Below, piece by piece: positions 59,005 through 64,000 of a DNA stretch of 64,000 bases (its first letter is position 1; each line of letters begins with the position of its first letter). The position numbers and the translations under genes are program-made. The notes under the pieces are model-generated. The model saw only the letters and a list, made by a program, of their open reading frames with translations, did no database searches and was not told where the DNA came from. Source of the DNA: Torpedo marmorata (taxonomy: Eukaryota). The stretch is from contig OZ360253.1 in the NCBI GenBank assembly GCA_977017645.1, positions 29,698,001 through 29,762,000 of the forward strand, written 5' to 3'.

Positions 59005-59345
59005 CAGTGGTTTTCAAACTTTTTCTTTCCACTCACATACCACCTTAAGTAATCCCTATGCCATAAATACTCTGTGATTAGTAAGGGATTACTTAAAGTG
59101 GTATGTGAGTGGGAAAAAAAAGGTTGAGAACCACTGCTCTAGACACAATTTTGCTTGAGAAAAATTGTCATTGGCCCATTTCCTTTGGAGTTATGAAACC
59201 GTGCACATAACGAGTCAATTAGGTTCGATTAAAACAGTGGTTTTCAAACTTTTTATTTCCACTCACATACCACTTTAAGTAATCCCTTACTAATCACAGA
59301 GCACCTATGGCATAGGGATTACTTAAAGTGGTATGTGAGTGGAAA
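59005..59345. mobile_element. Second composite hAT MITE copy (right end truncated)
   Basis: Same unit-CTCTAGAC-spacer-unit structure as 32392-32766. Confidence 0.8.
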
Positions 59346-59367
59346 GCATTACAAGCTCCTGTTTCAT

Positions 59368-60170
59368 TTAGTGACTGTCACTTTAAGGGTTAATACAGGC
59401 TGCAAACATTCACAGCTTGAGACTGAGTGACACTATTAAGTAGAGACATTGCCCAGGGTTGGTGCTCTGGAAGAAGAGAAAAGAACAATGGTTGTTTATT
59501 CAGGAACAACAGATGGTGAGAGAGTCATGTGTTTGGGACACTTAAAGAAACATGATTCATTAATTGACCACCAGCCATTTGATGAACACAGAGGAGGAGT
59601 GACTTTGTGTGAAATGGACAATTCGGATGATTCTCTCTGTCTGGGGAATTATTGAACCACCGTGACCAAAGGAACGGTCACTTTGATTGACCCGTATCTA
59701 GGTAAAGGAAGCAGGCGAATTCCTGCATTGGATCGTGACCATTGTGATGGTCATTTCAACTGACCCGTGCCTGGGTTTTGGAAGCATCGTGGAAGTCACA
59801 TGTTTCGTTTCCCCTACGCAAGGAAAAGGGGAGTTGTGACAACCATTCGTATGAAAGGACATTTCTCTGGAAGCAACTCGACAAGGATTCGTGAGTTTTC
59901 AGCAGTCTGATCACTCAGTCTCTCTCACCTCCTACATAATTACTTCTGGGCATCAGTTTAAAAGTCTGAGTTTCAACACAGGATTTCTAAGACTGAACTT
60001 TGAAATGACTTTTCAGAATTGTGCCTAAGCTGTAATAGTTTGGGTATCACACACACACACATACATACACACATAAGTATATTCGCGCATAGTTGGGGTT
60101 AAGTTAACTAATGTGTTATATTATTAGTAGTTATTAATAAAAATATATTGTTTTAAAAATAACATTGTCC
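59368..60170 (+). mobile_element. Probable Gypsy-type LTR fragment
   Basis: Layout resembles the LTR at 61852 (CA-repeat, GGGGTTAA, AATAAA), but clean termini and a TSD were not found. Confidence 0.45.
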
Positions 60171-61020
60171 AAATGAAGCTAAATTATTATCAGTATATAA
60201 ATCCTGAACGATTGAATACCCAACTTAAACTATTCATGAAAAGCAGAATCTTGCACAGAAGGTGTAAAAAAAAAGAATTAAATAATATAGGGCTAGTAAG
60301 TAAAAATCTATGGAATCCAAAAAAAAATTCTAAATTGAAACCAAATTCTCAAACCATAATTTTTTAATCTTATCTAGAGAGTTATCCCTAGACTTTAATA
60401 GTAAATCATATATACCTGATATCAGCTTTTTTGACTCGGTTTAAAATTATAAATCATCCCTATTGTGTTTATAGCAAGGTCCTCAGGAAGTCTCAACGAT
60501 AGTGAATTAAAAAAAACCAACTATCTTTTAAATTTAAATTACCTAAGTATCATTTTTTTTGATACTTACAAATTAGGAGTTTTTTTGAATTCACTGTCGT
60601 TGAGACCTTGCTATAAACACAATAGGGATGATTTATAATTTTAAACCGAGTTAAAAAAAGATGATACCAGGTATATATGATTTACTATTAATGTCTAGGG
60701 ATAACTCCCTAGATAAGATTTAAAAATTATGGGAGCAAGATCTTCAGCTCTTATTCTCGGATACTACATAGGATTCTATCTTAAAATTGGTAAATTCCTC
60801 CTCTTTATGTGCCCGTCATTCGCTTCTACAATTTAAGGTAGTACATCGAGCCTACTTTTCTAAAGTTCAATTGGCTAAATTTTATCCTAGTATTTCTTCG
60901 AATTGTGATAGATGTAAGACTGAAGAGGGTACTTCATTACATATGTTTTGGTCTTGTTCCTCTATTTCCAAATTTTGGGAAGATATCTTTCGTACCTTGT
61001 CTTTAGTTCTTAATGCAATT
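60170..61020. mobile_element. L1 family-B fragment with an inverted duplication
   Basis: VNSSSLCARHSLLQFKVVHR at 60787-61020; about 60352-60515 is the reverse complement of about 60581-60735. Confidence 0.78.
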
Positions 61021-61849
61021 TTTTAAAATATTTTATTTAAAATTTTAAATCACAAAATACATAAGGTAAAATATAAAATTATCAAAATACTTGTGATACA
61101 TTTTCACCCCCCCCACCCTCCCCTCCCTAACCCTCCCATCCCTACTAATCTAATAAAATAAAAAATATAAAAATAAAAATAAAATAAAAAGAAAGAAAAA
61201 GATAGAGTAAGGAGAATGTCAATCTAAAAAATAAATCTATAAACTAATTTTATTATGGAGGTTAGGTTCGCCAGTAGATCCGATGTCCAGAGATCTTCAA
61301 ATCCTTAAACCGACAGCTTTCATATATGGGCTCCAAATTTTAAAAAAGAAATGATACTTATTACGTAAATTATAAGTAATTTTTTCAAGTGGTATGCATG
61401 AACGAAGTTCTGCATGCCATCTTTCTAACCCCAAATCTACATCAGATTTCCATGTAATAGCAATGCATTTCTTAGAAACAGCTAAAGCAATTCGTAAAAA
61501 TTCTATTTGATACATATTTAATTTTATCTTAATACTAACTTTTTAAATATCTCCAAATAAAAATATCATAGGATCCATTGGGAATGTGATCTTTAATACT
61601 TTATCTAAAATTTTTTAACTTTCAACCAAAAATCATAAACTTTTGGACAAGACCATGTAGAATGTACAAAAGAACCTTCCTCTTTATTACATCTAAAACA
61701 TAAACCTGATAATGTCAGATTAAATTTCTTTAATTTTTAGGTGTTAAATACAATTGATGAAAAAAATTGTATTGTACTAATCTATATCTAACATTAATAA
61801 TCTTCGTCATACTTAATTTACATAATTCTTTCCAATGATTTTCATCTAT
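61020..61849 (-). mobile_element. L1 family-A 3' end, interrupted by a Gypsy LTR
   Basis: IDENHWKELCKLSMTKIINVRYRLVQYNF and ITWKSDVDLGLERWHAELR, with a T-rich tail at the left end. Confidence 0.9.
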
Positions 61850-61851
61850 TG

Positions 61852-64000
61852 TGTTATGGACCATGACTGACCATTTGGACTGTGGACGGTCAGCAGGAAG
61901 GATGAATTCTTTTGGAGTATACACTGGGGCCAGGTACTGAAAAAGTTAACTTCCCCAGGACTTGGTGTACCCAGAGAGAGAGAGAGAGAGAGACAGACAG
62001 ACTGTGGAATAGATACATTGTTGCACTTTTGCAAAAAGCAGGGGCAGATCTCTGCAAAGCAGACAGTTGTGAGTTGCAAAGGCTACAGAAAACAGCCAGT
62101 ATCCAGGGGTGTGTGCAGTCAGAGAAAATCTGGCAAAATAGCACATGGCCTCCTGTCTCAGAGAAAAATTCTGAGAAAAGCAACTTCTGTGGAGAACAGG
62201 CGTGAGATCAGCGAGACTAGCTGTGAGATTCAAGCATACGCCTAAATCAGAGATATACTGATCTGGAACTTGCAATCCTTATGAACCTACAAGAAGGGGA
62301 CGTCATCAGAGAAGAAAACAAGTATTTGTAAGCATAATCAGTCATTTGTCTCTCTCCAACGTTCATTCAGAAGTACTTCTACCAGACCCAGAGGAAAAGT
62401 TGAAGCCTGAACTTAGAGAGTAAATTTGTAGACTGTTTATCTTTTTTTTGACTGACTTGTTTTTTATGACTGACCTGGGGTTTTTGGGGAAAGTTTTTCC
62501 ATTTTTTTTACATAAGGGTTGGGCACAGACTGTAATGGTCTGGGCTTTACACACACACACATACACCTTTTAGATAAGAATAGAGTTTATAGACGTTTAT
62601 AGTGGGGTTAATTGTTGTGAAATTATATGTTTACTTGTGTTTAATAAATAATAATTTCAATTTTTACCCCTTTTGCATTGCGTCTTCTGTCGTTGCTGGT
62701 TTGATTCTGTAACAAATTGGGGGCTCGTTGCGGGATTTGAATCAAAATCCATCTTGGTCATTGAAGGAATCCCAGTTTGGTTTAAGGCATTCCTTTTGGT
62801 AAAGCTAATTAAAAGCTAGTGTGTGTGTAACAAAAAACCAGCAACAATGGATGTAGAACATTTTTTGGAATCACCTGAACCTGATACTTTAAAAAAGGCG
62901 AAAAAGGAACAGTTAGTGGCTATAGCAACAGAGTTGGGCATTGCTTCTGTAAAACCATCTATGAAAAAGGCAGAGATTGGGAGAAAAATTGTCAAGTACT
63001 ATATAAAAGAAAAAAAGTTTGAGGAGAGCATGTTAGAGCAGTTTCCCAAGGGTAAACCTTCTGAAAACATACAATTGGAAATAAAGAAATTGGAATTGGA
63101 ACAAAAGAACAGGGAATTGGAGGCAGAGAGGGAACAAAAGAACAGGGAATTGGAACAAAAGAAATTTGAGGCAGACAGGGAACAAAAGAAATTAGAATTA
63201 GAATTGGAATTGGAACGAAAGAGATTAGACTTAGAGAACGATGAGAGAAATAGGAAATATGAGTTGGAAAAGATGAGGTTGGAAAATGAGAGGAGACAAG
63301 AAGAGCGCCAAGATCAAATTCGTCATCCTGCTGAGGGGTTTTTGGCTAGTAGAGAAGTTAGGTTGGTTCCTCCATTTGAGGAGGCAGAAATAGATAAGTA
63401 CTTCCAACATTTTGAGAAAGTGGCTGTAAAATTAAAATGGCCACAAGACCAATGGTCTCTTATGTTACAAAGTGTAATAAAAGGAAAAGCTCAGCAAGCT
63501 TATTCTACTCTTACCACAGAACAGGCTGCTGATTATGAAACGGTGAAGAAGGCTATACTCCAGGCTTATGAGTTAGTTCCAGAGGCTTATAGACAGAAGT
63601 TTAGAAATTTAAAAAGATCAGCAACCCAATCTTATACAGAGTTTGCCTATGAAAAAGTTGTGTGTTTTGACAGATGGTGCACATCTAAGGAAGTAAACAA
63701 TGATTACAATCAATTGAGAGAATTGATAATAATCGAGGAGATAAAAAGGTGTGTTCCTGAGGATATTAAGGCCTACTTAGATGAAAAGGAGGTGAAAACT
63801 TGGCAAAATTCAGCTAAGTTAGCAGATGAATATGCTTTAACCCACAAGCCTAAGTGGACGTCAGGTAGAATTTTCCAAAAGGTCACGGTGGATAATCAGA
63901 AGCAAGTGGAAAGTAAATTTGGAAGTGGTGGTAAGGAAAGGGATGAAGGAAAGTGGAAAAGGGAAAACAATTCAGGTCCCATTTGCCACTACTGTAGAAA
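61852..64000 (+). mobile_element. Gypsy (Gmr1-like) LTR retrotransposon, 5' part; runs off the window
   Basis: LTR 61852-62714 with TGTTA...TAACA termini; PBS TGGGGGCTCGTTGCGGGATTT resembles the complement of the tRNA-Pro 3' end; gag follows. Confidence 0.88.
62847..64000 (+). CDS. Gmr1-like Gag (SCAN-related capsid), open to the window end; absent from the ORF track
   Basis: MDVEHFLESP...VRLVPPFEEAEIDKYFQHFEKVA..LKWP..W..MLQSVIKGKAQQAY...YELVPEAYRQKFR...LADEYALTH...CHYCR. Confidence 0.85.
   Translation, partial: MDVEHFLESPEPDTLKKAKKEQLVAIATELGIASVKPSMKKAEIGRKIVKYYIKEKKFEESMLEQFPKGKPSENIQLEIKKLELEQKNRELEAEREQKNRELEQKKFEADREQKKLELELELERKRLDLENDERNRKYELEKMRLENERRQEERQDQIRHPAEGFLASREVRLVPPFEEAEIDKYFQHFEKVAVKLKWPQDQWSLMLQSVIKGKAQQAYSTLTTEQAADYETVKKAILQAYELVPEAYRQKFRNLKRSATQSYTEFAYEKVVCFDRWCTSKEVNNDYNQLRELIIIEEIKRCVPEDIKAYLDEKEVKTWQNSAKLADEYALTHKPKWTSGRIFQKVTVDNQKQVESKFGSGGKERDEGKWKRENNSGPICHYCR

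Overview
This is vertebrate genomic DNA, very likely a cartilaginous fish (shark/ray), judging by HE1-like V-SINEs, CR1/HER1-like LINEs and DeuSINE remnants. It is dominated by transposable elements and has three N-gaps. The only host gene I can support is sorbitol dehydrogenase (SORD), with four GT-AG exons on the minus strand (57472-57537, 47219-47394, 45170-45291, 27867-28020) equivalent to human exons 6-9. Bases 1-14 kb are a nest of L1, HERO, CR1, Rex/Babar and BEL/Pao insertions in and next to a decayed Tigger transposon. The standout is a two-LTR BEL/Pao element (6070-12106) with one intact ~1290-aa ORF: SAP, tandem coiled coil, Gag, Zn knuckles and protease. It has lost RT, RNase H and integrase and instead carries an in-frame tail that closely matches my recollection of the host coiled-coil protein MIPOL1, which suggests host-gene capture by a non-autonomous LTR element. 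Also present are Penelope fragments with minimal hammerhead-like motifs, a Chapaev3 derivative, composite hAT MITEs, a 93-bp-arm hairpin and the 5' end of a Gmr1-like Gypsy element. All family assignments come from motif recognition by eye; no searches were run.
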